A stretch of DNA of 57,891 bases, taken from NCBI GenBank assembly GCA_035514595.1, contig DATKAX010000172.1, forward strand, positions 1 through 57,891. Direction: 5' to 3'. A program made the translations under genes and the position numbers. Positions 5,840 through 16,021 of the stretch are shown here, piece after piece; positions within the stretch are counted from its first letter, which is position 1, and every line of letters starts with the position of its first letter. Below the pieces are notes generated by a model. That model had not been told where the DNA came from and did no database searches. It saw nothing but the letters and a program-made list of their open reading frames with translations. Source of the DNA: Burkholderiales bacterium. GTDB taxonomy: Bacteria; Pseudomonadota; Gammaproteobacteria; Burkholderiales; SG8-39.

Positions 5840-6997
5840 CTACTGCGCGCGTTCCCGGCGGTGGCTGCCCGACACGATCCGGAACTCGTAGAGCCGGCAC
5901 TCGAGCGCTCCGTTCCAGAGCGGCGTTCGGGCCGAGGGCTCGAGGCGGATGAGCTTCGGCAGGCGAAGATCGGCCGTGAAGAGGTAGCAGCGCCAGCCGG
6001 CGAAGTGCCTTTTCAGCGCGTCGCCGAGCTTCGGATAGAAGCGCTCGAGCGCCTCGACGCTCCCCATGCGCTCGCCGTAGGGCGGGTTCGCCACCATGAC
6101 GCCCGCGGGGGCCGGCGCAGCGCGCTCGAGGACGTCGGTGCGCTCAAGCTTCACCCAGCGCTCCACCCCGGCAGCCGCGAGATTGCGGCGCGCCGCATCG
6201 AGCGCCTTCGGATCGTTGTCGCTGCCGTAGAGCCTGGGCTGGTGCTCCTTCTGACGGGATTCGCTTCGGACCCGCTTCCACAAGGCGGCATCGAAAGTCA
6301 CGAGCTTCTCGAATCCGAAAACGCGCTTCGCGCCGGGCGCGCGTCCGCGCGCGATGGCGGCGGCCTCGGCGAGCAGGGTGCCGGCGCCGCACATCGGATC
6401 GAGCAACGGCTCTTCAGGACGCCAGCCGGTCAGCATGACGATGCCCGCGGCGAGGTTTTCCCGGAGCGGCGCCTCGAGCGCGCCGGAGCGCCAGCCGCGC
6501 TTGAAGAGCGGCTCGCCCGAGGTGTCGAGGTAGAGGCTGCCGCGTGCGGCCTCGAGGAAGGCGTGCACGCGCACGTCGGGCTGTGCGCGCTCCACGTCCG
6601 GGCGGCGCCCCAGCGCGTCGCGAAAGCGGTCGCAGAGCGCGTCCTTGATGCGCAAGGTGGCGAACTCCAGGCTCTTGAGCGGGCTTTTCTGTGCCGTGAC
6701 GTTCACCCGCAGCGAGCGCTCCACGGTGAACAGCGCCGGCCAGTCGACCGCCTTCGCCGCCGCGTAGACCTCTGTCTCGTTGCGGTAGGCGAACTCGGCC
6801 ACCTTCCACAGCACGCGCGAGGCGACTCGCGACCAGAGGTTGACCGCATAACAGGCCGGCCAGCCGCCCGCGAACGCCACGCCGCCGGGAGCGACGCTCG
6901 CCTTCTCGCCTCCCAGGGAATGGATCTCCTGGAGAAGCAGCTTTTCCAGCCCCCGCGGACAGCTGGCGAAGAACGACTCAGAAGGGCTTGAAGACAA
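5840..6997 (-). CDS. THUMP-domain class I SAM-dependent RNA methyltransferase (RlmL N-terminal-half-like)
   Basis: 385 aa with a SAM-binding loop DPMCGAGT, the catalytic motif NPPYGER, and an N-terminal THUMP-like region. Confidence 0.85.
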   Translation of the reverse strand: MSSSPSESFFASCPRGLEKLLLQEIHSLGGEKASVAPGGVAFAGGWPACYAVNLWSRVASRVLWKVAEFAYRNETEVYAAAKAVDWPALFTVERSLRVNVTAQKSPLKSLEFATLRIKDALCDRFRDALGRRPDVERAQPDVRVHAFLEAARGSLYLDTSGEPLFKRGWRSGALEAPLRENLAAGIVMLTGWRPEEPLLDPMCGAGTLLAEAAAIARGRAPGAKRVFGFEKLVTFDAALWKRVRSESRQKEHQPRLYGSDNDPKALDAARRNLAAAGVERWVKLERTDVLERAAPAPAGVMVANPPYGERMGSVEALERFYPKLGDALKRHFAGWRCYLFTADLRLPKLIRLEPSARTPLWNGALECRLYEFRIVSGSHRRERAQ

Positions 6998-7394
6998 CCA
7001 GCAGCACCGTCGCGACGAGGATCAGCACCGGGAGCTCGTTGAACCAGCGGTACCAGACGTGGCTTTTCGTGTTGCGGCCGGCGGCGAACTCGCGCAGCAG
7101 GCGGCCGCACCACAGGTGATAGCCGGCGAGGACGGCGGCGAGCGCGATCTTGGCGTGCAGCCATCCCGAGGCGTCGCGGAACCAGCCGAGCCACAGCCAC
7201 AGGCCGAAGGCGATGGTGAGAACGGCCCCGGGCGCCATGATGCCCCAGTAGAGCTTGCGCTCCATGACCTTGAAGCGCTCCAGGGACAGCGCATCGCTCG
7301 ACTGCGCGTGGTAGACGAACAGCCGCGGCAGGTAGAACAGGCCCGCGAACCAGGTCACCATGAAAATGATGTGCAGCGACTTGACCCAGAGCAT
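6978..7394 (-). CDS. hemJ: Protoporphyrinogen IX oxidase HemJ (UPF0093)
   Basis: 138 aa and four TM helices. The N-terminus is MLWVKSLHIIFMVTWFAGLFYLPRLFVYH, and the protein ends with RWFNELPVL... Confidence 0.85.
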   Translation of the reverse strand: MLWVKSLHIIFMVTWFAGLFYLPRLFVYHAQSSDALSLERFKVMERKLYWGIMAPGAVLTIAFGLWLWLGWFRDASGWLHAKIALAAVLAGYHLWCGRLLREFAAGRNTKSHVWYRWFNELPVLILVATVLLVVFKPF

Positions 7395-8185
7395 TACTTG
7401 AGGAGCCGCCGCCGCGTCAGGATGAGGGCCACGTAGAAGCCGACGATAGCATAGGCGGCGAGCACGGCGAGGTGCAGCGCAGCCGCGCCCGCGATCTCGC
7501 CCTGGAGCAGCGGCCGCACCACGGCGACGCCGTGGTAGAGCGGCAGCGCCTTGGCGATCGCCTGCACCGCCGCGGGCAGCTGCTCGATCGGGAAGAATAT
7601 CCCGGAGAGCATCAGCATCGGCGTCAGCACGAGCGTCATGTAGTAGCTGAAGAAATCATAGCCGTTGGCGAGCGCGTTGATCGCCAGGCCGACCGCGGCG
7701 AACGCGAGGCCGACGAGCACCACCACCGGAAGCGCGGCAACCGCGGCCGCGGGGCTCGCGTAGCCGAATGCCGCGACGACGAGAAGCATGCAGGCGCCGG
7801 CAGCGAGCGCCTTGGTGGCCGCCCAGGCGCATTCGCCGGCAAGCACATCGTCGAGGGTCATCGGCGCGTTCACGATCGCCTCCCAGGTGCGCTGCACGTG
7901 CATGCGCGAGAACGCCGAGAACAGCGACTCGAAGGTGGCCGCGAACATGGTCGCCGAGCACACGAATCCCGAGGCGAGAAAGGCGAAGTACGAGGTGCCG
8001 CCGATCTCTCCCAGCACCGCGCCCAGGCCGTAGCCGAGGGCGAACAGCATGATGAGCGGATCGGCGAGGTTGCCGAGGATCGAGGGCACCGCGAGGCGCC
8101 GCCATACCAGCCAGTTGCGACGCCACACCGCGACCCAGCGCAGGCTCGGCTCGGGCGGCGCGAAAAGCGTCAAGCGGCTGCGCAT
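7394..8185 (-). CDS. ABC-2 type transporter permease (NodJ-like)
   Basis: A 263-aa polytopic protein located immediately downstream of a NodI-like ATPase gene, with an ABC-2 topology. Confidence 0.85.
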   Translation of the reverse strand: MRSRLTLFAPPEPSLRWVAVWRRNWLVWRRLAVPSILGNLADPLIMLFALGYGLGAVLGEIGGTSYFAFLASGFVCSATMFAATFESLFSAFSRMHVQRTWEAIVNAPMTLDDVLAGECAWAATKALAAGACMLLVVAAFGYASPAAAVAALPVVVLVGLAFAAVGLAINALANGYDFFSYYMTLVLTPMLMLSGIFFPIEQLPAAVQAIAKALPLYHGVAVVRPLLQGEIAGAAALHLAVLAAYAIVGFYVALILTRRRLLK

Positions 8186-8189
8186 CGCA

Positions 8190-9098
8190 TCAATCCCTCA
8201 GGTCGCGGCCGGTGAGCTTGAGGAACACATCCTCCAGGTTCGCCGGCCGGTGCAGATAAACGAGGTCGTTGTTGCCGGCGAGGTCTTTCAGCACCGGCTC
8301 GACGTTCGCGGCATAGCAGAACACGGTGTCGCCGGCGCGCTCCACGCGCGCCGCAAGATGCCGCGCGCGCGCCATCCAGGCCTCGTAGCCGGGCCCGTGC
8401 ACCTCGACCACCTGCGGCTCGATGTGCTGCGCGATCAGCTTGCGCGGCGTACCCTGCGTGATGATGCGCCCGCGATCCATGATCGCGAGCCGGTGGCACA
8501 GGCGCTCGGCCTCCTCCATGAAATGCGTGGTCAGCAGCAGCGTCGTTCCCTCCTGCGTCAGGCGCCGCAGCCGCTCCCAGATCAGGTGCCGCGCCTGCGG
8601 ATCGAGGCCGGTGGTCGGCTCGTCCATGATCACGAGCTGCGGCTCGTTGACCAGCGCCCGGGCGAGCGTCAGGCGCCTTTTCATCCCGCCGGAGAGCGTG
8701 CCGATGCGCGCATCGCCGCGGCCGGCGAGCCCGGCAAACTCGAGCAGCGCCGGCACGCGCGGGCGCATGCGCTTCGCGTCGAGACCGAAGTAGCGCGCGT
8801 ACACCAGCAGGTTCTCGGTCACGGTGAAGTCCGGATCGAGGTTATCGAACTGCGGCACCACGCCGACGCGCGCGCGCGCCTGGCGTGCGCGCGCCGGCAC
8901 CGGCTCGCCGAGCAGCTCGATCGAGCCGGAGTCCGGATGCGTCAGCCCGAGGCAAAGCTTGAGCGTGGTGGTCTTGCCGGCGCCGTTCGGTCCGAGCAGG
9001 CCGAAGCACTCGCCGGGCTTCACCTCGAGGTCGACACCGCTCACGACCTCGAGCGCGCCGTAGGACTTGCGCAGCGCGCGCGCCGACAGGACGCTCAT
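8190..9098 (-). CDS. ABC transporter ATP-binding protein (NodI-like)
   Basis: Walker A is GPNGAGKTT, the signature motif is LSGGMKRR, and Walker B is [11 protein letters not shown]. The start [11 protein letters not shown] at 9098 was set by ORF arithmetic (302 aa). Confidence 0.9.
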   Translation of the reverse strand: MSVLSARALRKSYGALEVVSGVDLEVKPGECFGLLGPNGAGKTTTLKLCLGLTHPDSGSIELLGEPVPARARQARARVGVVPQFDNLDPDFTVTENLLVYARYFGLDAKRMRPRVPALLEFAGLAGRGDARIGTLSGGMKRRLTLARALVNEPQLVIMDEPTTGLDPQARHLIWERLRRLTQEGTTLLLTTHFMEEAERLCHRLAIMDRGRIITQGTPRKLIAQHIEPQVVEVHGPGYEAWMARARHLAARVERAGDTVFCYAANVEPVLKDLAGNNDLVYLHRPANLEDVFLKLTGRDLRD

Positions 9099-9688
9099 CG
9101 CCAGCAGGATTCGACGATCGTGCGCAGCAGCTGGAGCTTGCGGTGGAAGAAGTGGTCGGCACCGGGTGCGAGCACGACCGGCAGCTCCTGCGGCCGCGCC
9201 CAATCGAGCACCGCAGCGAGCGGAACGGTCTCGTCGTGCTCGCCGTGGATCACCAGCGTGCCGGGGGGAACCCGCGGCACCTCGAAGCTCGAGACCGCCA
9301 CCCCCACGAGCACCAGGCGTTCCGGCCGCACGCGCGTCGCGAGCCGCGCCTGCATGGCGGCGCCGAAGGAGAAGCCCGCCAGCACGTACGGCTTCGGCTT
9401 CAGCCGGTCCAGCACGGCGGCCAGATCCTCGACTTCCCCCGCGCCCTCGTCGAAGCGGCCCTCGCTCGAGCCCACGCCACGAAAGTTCGGCCGCCAGGTC
9501 TCGTATCCCAGCGCGGCGAGCGTGCGCGCGAGGGTTTGCACCACCTTGTTGTCCAGCGTGCCGCCGAAAAGCGGGTGCGGGTGCGCGATCAGCGCGGCGC
9601 CCCGCGCAGCCGTTTCCGGCTCGTCCACCGCGCACTCGATCCGGCCCGCGGGCCCGGGCACGAACTCGCGACGCGTGCTCGCGCGCAT
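9095..9688 (-). CDS. Alpha/beta hydrolase
   Basis: 197 aa with a nucleophile elbow AGFSFGA, plus HPHPLFGGT and GEHDETVP. It shows an ATGA overlap with the downstream ATPase gene. Confidence 0.8.
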   Translation of the reverse strand: MRASTRREFVPGPAGRIECAVDEPETAARGAALIAHPHPLFGGTLDNKVVQTLARTLAALGYETWRPNFRGVGSSEGRFDEGAGEVEDLAAVLDRLKPKPYVLAGFSFGAAMQARLATRVRPERLVLVGVAVSSFEVPRVPPGTLVIHGEHDETVPLAAVLDWARPQELPVVLAPGADHFFHRKLQLLRTIVESCWR

Positions 9689-9996
9689 TACATGCGCAGC
9701 CGCTCGACGACGCGCCCGTTCCTCAGGTGCTCCTCGATGATCTCGTCGATGTCCGAGCGGTCGACGTAGGTGTACCAGACCGCCTCGGGATAGACCACGA
9801 CGCAGGGCCCTTCCTCGCAGCGGTCGAGGCAGCCCGCCTGGTTGATGCGCAGCTTGCCCGGGCCGGAGAGCCCCAGCGCCTTGACGCGGCTCTTCGCGTA
9901 ATCGCGCATCTGGGAGGCGCCCTTGTCGTTGCAGCAGGTACGGCCGCCATCGCGCTGGTTGCAGCAAAAGAAGACGTGCCGGGAGTAATAGGACAT
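9688..9996 (-). CDS. Thioredoxin-like (2Fe-2S) ferredoxin domain protein
   Basis: 102 aa. The cysteine pattern is [14 protein letters not shown]...[11 protein letters not shown]. The start [10 protein letters not shown] lies at 9996. Confidence 0.8.
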   Translation of the reverse strand: MSYYSRHVFFCCNQRDGGRTCCNDKGASQMRDYAKSRVKALGLSGPGKLRINQAGCLDRCEEGPCVVVYPEAVWYTYVDRSDIDEIIEEHLRNGRVVERLRM

Positions 9997-10016
9997 GGCG
10001 CGAATTCTAACTGACC

Positions 10017-11081
10017 CTAACTGACCGGTTCGCGCCGCCGCGCCGCGAGCAGGATGAGGTAGGCCGCCGCGACGTATGCCCACGACGCGCTCACCACGCG
10101 CGTCAGGCCGTTGAAGTTGAGGAAGTGCCCCTGCTGCCAGACCTGGAGCGTCGCAGCGAGGTACGGGTTCGGCGGCGCCAGGTTGACGAGCACGGTGGCC
10201 GCCATGATCAGCACCGCGGCGGCCGCGAGGCGCGCGGTGCGGGGCAGCGCCATCGCGGCGAGCGCGAGCACGATGCCGGCCGCGAGCCCCCGCCAAGCGC
10301 CAGGCGTGAGCCAGGCAAGCACGTTCTCTGCGCGCATCAGCACTGCGAACGCCACGGTTTTCACCGCCACCGCGGCCGCGACCAGCGCCAGGAAGAACGC
10401 GCGCGCCGGCTGCGCGCGCGCGGCGAGCGCGGACACCAGCAGGCCGACCCCGACCAGGTTCGCCGCCGCGGTGATCGCTTCAATCGCGACGAAGAACTGG
10501 ACGCTTCGCGCCCGGCCCTCGCCGGCGGCGAGGAGATCGCGCAGGTCGCCGGCGGCGAACAGCAGCGTCGCCGGGTTGAGCTGCATGAACAGCCACAGGG
10601 CGAGCAGCACGAGGCCCAGATCGACCTCGATCCCGGGCAGGAACGCGGTGGTCCGAAAGCGCCTGAGCGGGCCGCTGGCAATCAGCCGCGGTGCAGCCGC
10701 GAGCGCGATGACGGCCCCGACGGCGGCGCCCGCGACGTTGCACAGCACGTCGAGGTTCGAGGCGATGCGCGTAGGAAGAAAGGTCTGCAGCGCCTCGAGC
10801 GAGAGCGACAGCAGCAGCGCGCTCGCGGTCGCGATCGCGAGCGCGCCCGCGCCTGCCACCCGCGGCTGCAGCGCGACGACGCATAGGAAACCGTACGGGA
10901 CGTAACCAAGCACGTCCGCGACGACATCGAAGCCGGTGACATATTGCGGCCAGGGCGCGGAGAGGTACGCGAGCGCGGACAGGCCGTGATCCCGCCAGCC
11001 CGCCAACGGATACAGCGATGCATAGGCCACGAGCGCGACGTAGACCGCGAACAGGATCCGCGCCAGCGGGGAGGCGTGCAT
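10017..11081 (-). CDS. VanZ family membrane protein with a long polytopic C-terminal extension
   Basis: 354 aa. The VanZ-like N-terminal part contains LEALQTFLPTRIASNLDVLCNVAGAAVG. The start MHASPLARIL at 11081 overlaps the upstream stop by 1 nt. Confidence 0.75.
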   Translation of the reverse strand: MHASPLARILFAVYVALVAYASLYPLAGWRDHGLSALAYLSAPWPQYVTGFDVVADVLGYVPYGFLCVVALQPRVAGAGALAIATASALLLSLSLEALQTFLPTRIASNLDVLCNVAGAAVGAVIALAAAPRLIASGPLRRFRTTAFLPGIEVDLGLVLLALWLFMQLNPATLLFAAGDLRDLLAAGEGRARSVQFFVAIEAITAAANLVGVGLLVSALAARAQPARAFFLALVAAAVAVKTVAFAVLMRAENVLAWLTPGAWRGLAAGIVLALAAMALPRTARLAAAAVLIMAATVLVNLAPPNPYLAATLQVWQQGHFLNFNGLTRVVSASWAYVAAAYLILLAARRREPVS

Positions 11082-12487
11082 TACCTGCGCCCGAGCAGTG
11101 ACCCGAAGATCATCCCGAGGAACGAGAAACCCAGCCCGACGAGCTGCGGCGGGATCAGCGCCTCGGGGGCGACGGCCTCCAGGAGCAGCCAGCTCGCGAG
11201 GCCCAGCACCACAGCGGCCAGCGCGCCGGCCGTGGTCGAGCGCTTCCAGTAAAGGCCGAGCGCGAGCGGCGCGAAGGCCGAGACCAGCGTCACCTTGTAG
11301 GCGTTTTGCACCATCTGGTAGATGCTCGCGTCGCTCGCCAGCGCGAACGCCATGACGCCGACGCCGAACAGCACGAGCACCACGCGCATGGTGAGCAGGA
11401 ACTGCCGATCGCCCATGCGCGGCATGAACGGCCGCAGCACGTTCTCCGTGAACAGCGTGGTCGGCGCGAGCAGCGCTCCCGACGCCGAGGACATGATGGC
11501 CGAGAGCAGCGCGCCGAAGAACATGACCTGGGCCAGGAGCGGCGTGTGCCCCAGGATCAGGTTCGGCAGGATCAGCTGGTTCTGGTTCTCGTCGCCGGCG
11601 AGTAGCGGCGCCACCATCTGCGGATCGATGAGCAGCGCCGAGTAGGCGAGATAGATCGGCACGAACGCCATGCAGAAGTACGCCGCGGCGCCGAGCAGCG
11701 CCCCGCGCACCGCGGTGTCGGCGTCCTTTGCGGAGGTGACGCGCTGGAACACGTCCTGCTGCGGGATCGAGCCGAGCGCCGCGGTGAGGAACGCCGCGAT
11801 GAAGGCGAGCACGTCGCGCGCCTCGAGCCTGGGCCAGAACTCGAAGCGCCCGGCCTCGGCGGCGTGCGCCGCCACCCGTTCGAAGCCGCCCGCCGCGCCG
11901 CCCAGCAGGAAGGCGAGGTAGATCAGCCCGACGATGATGACGACGCTCTGGAAGAGATCCGTGAACGCGATCGACCACATGCCGCCGAGCAGCGTGTAGA
12001 CGAGCACCACGCCGGCGCCGAGCACGATCCCCCAGTAGAGCGAGATCGCCCCGCCCGAGAGCGTGTGGAACACCACGCCCAGCGCGGTGAACTGCGCGGA
12101 GGTCCAGCCGAGGTAGGAGAGCGTGATGCAGATGCTGGTCGCCACCTCGACCGGCTTGTTGTAGCGCTGGCGGTAGAAGTCGCCGATGGTGAGCAGGTTC
12201 AGCCGGTAGAACGCGCGCGCGAAGGCGAGCGCCACGATCACCAGGCAGAACGAGAAGCCGAAGGGGTCGGCGACGATGCCGCGCATGCCCTCCTTGAGAA
12301 AGGTCGCCGAGACTCCGAGCACGGTCTCGGCGCCGAACCAGGTGGCGAACACCAGCGCCGTGCTCATGTAGAGCGGAAGGCTCCTGCCGGCGACCACGTA
12401 GTCGCGCGAGTTGTGCACGCGCCGCGCGGCCCACAGGCCGATCGCGACAGTGACCGCGAGGTAAAGGACGACGAAGCCGATCAGCAT
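11081..12487 (-). CDS. Sodium:solute symporter family transporter
   Basis: 468 aa with about 13 TM helices. The SSS-type N-terminus is DYVVAGRSLPLYMSTALVFATWFGAETVLG. Confidence 0.85.
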   Translation of the reverse strand: MLIGFVVLYLAVTVAIGLWAARRVHNSRDYVVAGRSLPLYMSTALVFATWFGAETVLGVSATFLKEGMRGIVADPFGFSFCLVIVALAFARAFYRLNLLTIGDFYRQRYNKPVEVATSICITLSYLGWTSAQFTALGVVFHTLSGGAISLYWGIVLGAGVVLVYTLLGGMWSIAFTDLFQSVVIIVGLIYLAFLLGGAAGGFERVAAHAAEAGRFEFWPRLEARDVLAFIAAFLTAALGSIPQQDVFQRVTSAKDADTAVRGALLGAAAYFCMAFVPIYLAYSALLIDPQMVAPLLAGDENQNQLILPNLILGHTPLLAQVMFFGALLSAIMSSASGALLAPTTLFTENVLRPFMPRMGDRQFLLTMRVVLVLFGVGVMAFALASDASIYQMVQNAYKVTLVSAFAPLALGLYWKRSTTAGALAAVVLGLASWLLLEAVAPEALIPPQLVGLGFSFLGMIFGSLLGRR

Positions 12488-12497
12488 CGCCGCCGCA

Positions 12498-13088
12498 TCA
12501 TAGCCGCCGCCTCCAGACCTGCCAAACCTCCTTGCCCTGGAACACCGGCAGCGACTGCGCCGGCGGCACGGGCAGGCTCTCGGCGAGCTCGAACCCCGGA
12601 TCGAGGAGCTGCTTCAACGCCTCCTCGGAAATCCCGAAGGGCGGCCCGCGCGGGTTGTCGTCGAGATAGTAGAACCCCGCCAGCTCGCCGCCCGGGCGCA
12701 GCAGCTCGCCCACGCGGCGCGCCCAGGCCGCCCACAGGCGCCGCGGCAGCGCGCAAAGGAAGGCGCGCTCGTAGACCACATCGAAGCACTGCGCCTCGAA
12801 GCTGAAGAAGTCCGCCTTCAGCACGCGATCGGAAAGCGCGCCCAGCTCGCGCCGTGCGGCCTCGAGCGCGGCATCCGAAAAATCGACCGCCAGCACGTCG
12901 TGGCCGTGCGCCGCGAACGCGCGCACCTCGTAGCCGGAGCCGCATCCGGGTATCAGTACCCTCTGCGGAGCCTGCTTGCTTTGCAGCCATACGGTCAGCT
13001 GCGGCGGCACGCCGGCGGCATCCCAGGGCGTCACGCCGCCGCGGTAGCGCGTATCCCAGAAATCCGGCCTGGAGCTATCCTGCGCCAC
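12498..13088 (-). CDS. TPMT-family SAM-dependent methyltransferase
   Basis: It carries FWDTRYRGGVTPWD, the motif I sequence VLIPGCGSGYE, and a size (196 aa) typical of thiopurine/halide methyltransferase-like proteins. Confidence 0.8.
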   Translation of the reverse strand: MAQDSSRPDFWDTRYRGGVTPWDAAGVPPQLTVWLQSKQAPQRVLIPGCGSGYEVRAFAAHGHDVLAVDFSDAALEAARRELGALSDRVLKADFFSFEAQCFDVVYERAFLCALPRRLWAAWARRVGELLRPGGELAGFYYLDDNPRGPPFGISEEALKQLLDPGFELAESLPVPPAQSLPVFQGKEVWQVWRRRL

Positions 13089-13095
13089 GACCGGC

Positions 13096-14601
13096 TCAGA
13101 AAAGGCTGATCGCGGCGAGCACCAGGGCCGCGAGAGCGACGACGATCAGGGCGGCGAGGAGATCGTTGCGCCGCGCGTTCTCCTCGGTGAGCCGCTCCAC
13201 CGAGCGGCGCAGCTCGCCGAGGCGGTCCTCGGCCAGCGCGCGGTGCACGAGCCGCGGCAGCTGCGGCAGCGTCGCGGCCCAGAACGGCGCCTCCTGGCGC
13301 AGCGTGCGCGCGAGGCCGCGCCAGCCGAGCTGCTCGCCCATCCAGCGCTCGAGGTAGGGCTTCGCGGTGCGCCACAGATCGAGCTCCGGGTCGAGCTCGC
13401 GGCCCAGGCCCTCGATGTTGAGTAGCGTCTTCTGCAGCAGCACGAGCTGTGGCTGGATCTCGACGTTAAAGCGCCGGGAGGTCTGGAACAGCCTCAGCAG
13501 CAGTCTGCCGAAATAGATCTCCTTGAGCGGGCGGGCGAAGATCGGCTCGCAGACGGCGCGGATCGCGGCCTCGAACTCGTCAATGCGCGTGGTCGGCGGC
13601 ACCCAGCCGGCGTCGAGGTGCGCCTGAGCCACCCGCCGGTAGTCGCGGTTGAAGAAGGCGAGGAAGTTCTGCGCCAGGTAGTTCTTGTCGGTCTCGGTGA
13701 GCGTTCCCATGATGCCGAAGTCGAGCGCGACATAGCGACCGTCGTCGGCCACCAGGATGTTGCCCGGGTGCATGTCGGCGTGGAAGAAGCCGTCGCGGAA
13801 CACCTGCGTGAAGAAGATCTCGACGCCGGAGCGCGCCAGCGCGGGAATGTCGATCCCCCTCTCCCTCAGGACGCGTACCTGGGAGATCGGCGTGCCGTGC
13901 ATCCGCTCCATCACCATCACCCGCTGCGAGCACAGGTCCCAGTGCATCCGGGGTACGCACAACCGCGCGGAGCCCTCGAAGTTGCGGGCGAGCTGGCTCG
14001 CGTTCGCCGCCTCGCGCATCAGATCGAGCTCCTCCTCGAGATGGCGCGCGAACTCGGCGACCACCTCGCGCGGCTTCAGGCGCCGTCCTTCCGGGTACAG
14101 CCGTTCCACCAGCGCCGCGGCGGTCTCGAGCAGGGCGACATCCTTGGCGATCCAGGCCTCGACCTGCGGCCGCAGCACCTTGACCGCCACCTCGCGGCCG
14201 TCGTGCAGCATTGCGAGGTGCACCTGGGCGATGGAGGCGCTCGCCACCGGGGTTCGCTCGAAGCTCGCGAAAACCTCGTCCACGCGCCGCCCGAACGCGC
14301 GCTCGATCTCGGCGATCGCCTGCTCCGAGGCGAAGGGCGGGACCTGGTCCTGCAGCCTCGCGAGCTCGTCGGCAATGTCGAGCGCCAGCAAGTCGCGGCG
14401 CGTCGAAAGCACCTGCCCGAATTTCACGTAGATCGGTCCGAGGGCCTCGAGCGCCTCGCGCAGCCGCTGGCCGCGCGGCAAGTGCTTGCGCCGCGCGAGA
14501 AGCCGCAGCACCGGGTTCACGGCGAGCGGCGGGACGAACTCGTGCAGCCCGAAGCGCAGGCCGATCGCGAGGATGCGAGCGAGCCGCGCGAGGCTAGCCA
14601 A
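13096..14601 (-). CDS. ubiB: Ubiquinone biosynthesis regulatory kinase-like protein UbiB
   Basis: ABC1/UbiB motifs are present: [23 protein letters not shown] and [10 protein letters not shown], plus C-terminal TM helices. A TTG start at 14601 ([11 protein letters not shown]) overlaps the ubiJ stop. No ATG is available near the conserved N-terminus. Confidence 0.85.
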   Translation of the reverse strand: MASLARLARILAIGLRFGLHEFVPPLAVNPVLRLLARRKHLPRGQRLREALEALGPIYVKFGQVLSTRRDLLALDIADELARLQDQVPPFASEQAIAEIERAFGRRVDEVFASFERTPVASASIAQVHLAMLHDGREVAVKVLRPQVEAWIAKDVALLETAAALVERLYPEGRRLKPREVVAEFARHLEEELDLMREAANASQLARNFEGSARLCVPRMHWDLCSQRVMVMERMHGTPISQVRVLRERGIDIPALARSGVEIFFTQVFRDGFFHADMHPGNILVADDGRYVALDFGIMGTLTETDKNYLAQNFLAFFNRDYRRVAQAHLDAGWVPPTTRIDEFEAAIRAVCEPIFARPLKEIYFGRLLLRLFQTSRRFNVEIQPQLVLLQKTLLNIEGLGRELDPELDLWRTAKPYLERWMGEQLGWRGLARTLRQEAPFWAATLPQLPRLVHRALAEDRLGELRRSVERLTEENARRNDLLAALIVVALAALVLAAISLF

Positions 14602-15133
14602 GGCGCTCGACCCGCTTGTCCAGGCGCTCGAGCGCGTCGCGCAGGCGGGCCACATCCGCGGCGAACGCCTCCAGCTCCGCGCGGCGCACGAGCAGCCGCG
14701 CCTCGTCGGCGGCATAGTCGGCAGCCGAGCCGGCGAGCCGCTGCGCGACGTCGGTCTGCCAGGCCGCAAAGCTGCGCGCGAGCTCGGCGAGGCGGTGGGC
14801 CGCGACATCGCCCACCAGGCGCGACAGGTCTTCCTCGAAATCCCAGCGCAGATGGCGCACGAGCAGCATCACTTCGTCCGCGAGCCGCGCGTCGCCTTCC
14901 ACCCCCGCCGAGCGCAGCAGGTGCTCCTCGCCGCGCGCAAGTGCAACGAGCGCCTCCGGGCGCAGCGTGATCACCAGCGCAGGATCGGCGCCGCCCGCCT
15001 GCACCCGGCCCCCCGGCACGATCGTGAAGCGCACTGCGGGCAGCGGCGGGCCGCGCAGCTCGATGCACCGGCCCGCGAACGGGGCGAGCCGCTGCGCAGC
15101 CCATGGCTCCCGTTCGAGCAGGCGGTTCAGCAC
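14594..15133 (-). CDS. ubiJ: Ubiquinone biosynthesis accessory factor UbiJ (SCP2 domain)
   Basis: Its position between the tim44-like gene and ubiB fits, as do the SCP2-like region and a C-terminal coiled coil ([26 protein letters not shown]). The GTG start at 15133 is the first in-frame start after the terminator hairpin and is uncertain. Confidence 0.7.
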   Translation of the reverse strand: MLNRLLEREPWAAQRLAPFAGRCIELRGPPLPAVRFTIVPGGRVQAGGADPALVITLRPEALVALARGEEHLLRSAGVEGDARLADEVMLLVRHLRWDFEEDLSRLVGDVAAHRLAELARSFAAWQTDVAQRLAGSAADYAADEARLLVRRAELEAFAADVARLRDALERLDKRVERLG

Positions 15134-15134
15134 T

Positions 15135-15163
15135 AAAGAAAAAGGCCACCCAAAGGTGGCCTT
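15135..15163 (-). terminator. Rho-independent terminator-like hairpin downstream of the tim44-like gene
   Basis: On the minus strand, AAGGCCACC-TTTG-GGTGGCCTT (9-bp stem) is followed by TTTCTTT. It lies 21 nt after the stop at 15184 and ends 2 nt before the proposed ubiJ GTG. Confidence 0.6.
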
Positions 15164-15183
15164 CTCGCGCGGCGGCTCGGAGC

Positions 15184-15996
15184 TCAATGCATTTGCTGGA
15201 TGCCGGCAAGCAGCCAGCCGCTCGAGCCGTCGGTCGGCTTGACGAGGTTCCAGACTTCCTCGAAGGCGGCCGGCGCGGTTCCGGGCGTCTCGCGCACCAT
15301 GCCGGAAAAGTGCACGCTCGCCCAATACCTGTCCTTCTCGCTTACCAGCTCCAGGAGATCGGCCTTCAGCGCCACCACCGCGGTGTCCTGCGGCTGCGGG
15401 CTGCGCGCCTCGAAATCGCGGCTGAGCGCATCGAACATCTCGCCGGTGGTGAGCTCGCGGATCTCATCGAGCTGTCCGGCGTCGTTCGCGAGCTGCAGCT
15501 TGACGAAATTGAACTTGGCGGCGCGCAGGAACCCGGCGGCGTCGAAGCCGGCGGGCAGGGACAGAGCAGCCGCCAGGGGCGGGGCCGGCGCAGGAGCGAC
15601 CACCGTCTCGTTCCCGGCGCCCGCGAACTGTATCCGACGCTGCGCCGGGCCCGCGCGGCGCGCGAGCGCACGAAACAGCATGACGGCGGCGAAGGCGAGA
15701 GCCGCGAGCACCAGGATTCCGGCAAGCCCGTTGCCGGCGAAGAGGTATCCGAGCAGACCGCCGAGCGTCAGCCCGCCGAGAACCGGCCCCCACTTGCCGC
15801 CCCTAGTCGCGGCTTGCGGGGCGTTCTGCGCCGGCGCCGCCTGCTGCTGCGCGGGCTTCGCGGGCGGTGCGTTCGCGATGTTCCTCTGCGCGCCGAGGGA
15901 GCGCGCGCCGCCCAGGCGCCGCGCCTCGACGTCGGTCGCGACCAGCGCCGACCCGACGAGCGCCACGCAGGCGGCGAGCAGCCAGTTGCGCATCAT
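15184..15996 (-). CDS. Tim44-like domain protein
   Basis: 270 aa with a signal/TM region and a Gly-zipper TM (WGPVLGGLTLGGLLGYLFAG). The C-terminal Tim44-like fold contains FLRAAKFNFVKLQLANDAG...WLLAGIQQ. This is the typical ubiE-neighbour gene. Confidence 0.8.
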   Translation of the reverse strand: MMRNWLLAACVALVGSALVATDVEARRLGGARSLGAQRNIANAPPAKPAQQQAAPAQNAPQAATRGGKWGPVLGGLTLGGLLGYLFAGNGLAGILVLAALAFAAVMLFRALARRAGPAQRRIQFAGAGNETVVAPAPAPPLAAALSLPAGFDAAGFLRAAKFNFVKLQLANDAGQLDEIRELTTGEMFDALSRDFEARSPQPQDTAVVALKADLLELVSEKDRYWASVHFSGMVRETPGTAPAAFEEVWNLVKPTDGSSGWLLAGIQQMH

Positions 15997-16021
15997 GATG
16001 TCCTCCGGAGCGTCGATGCTA

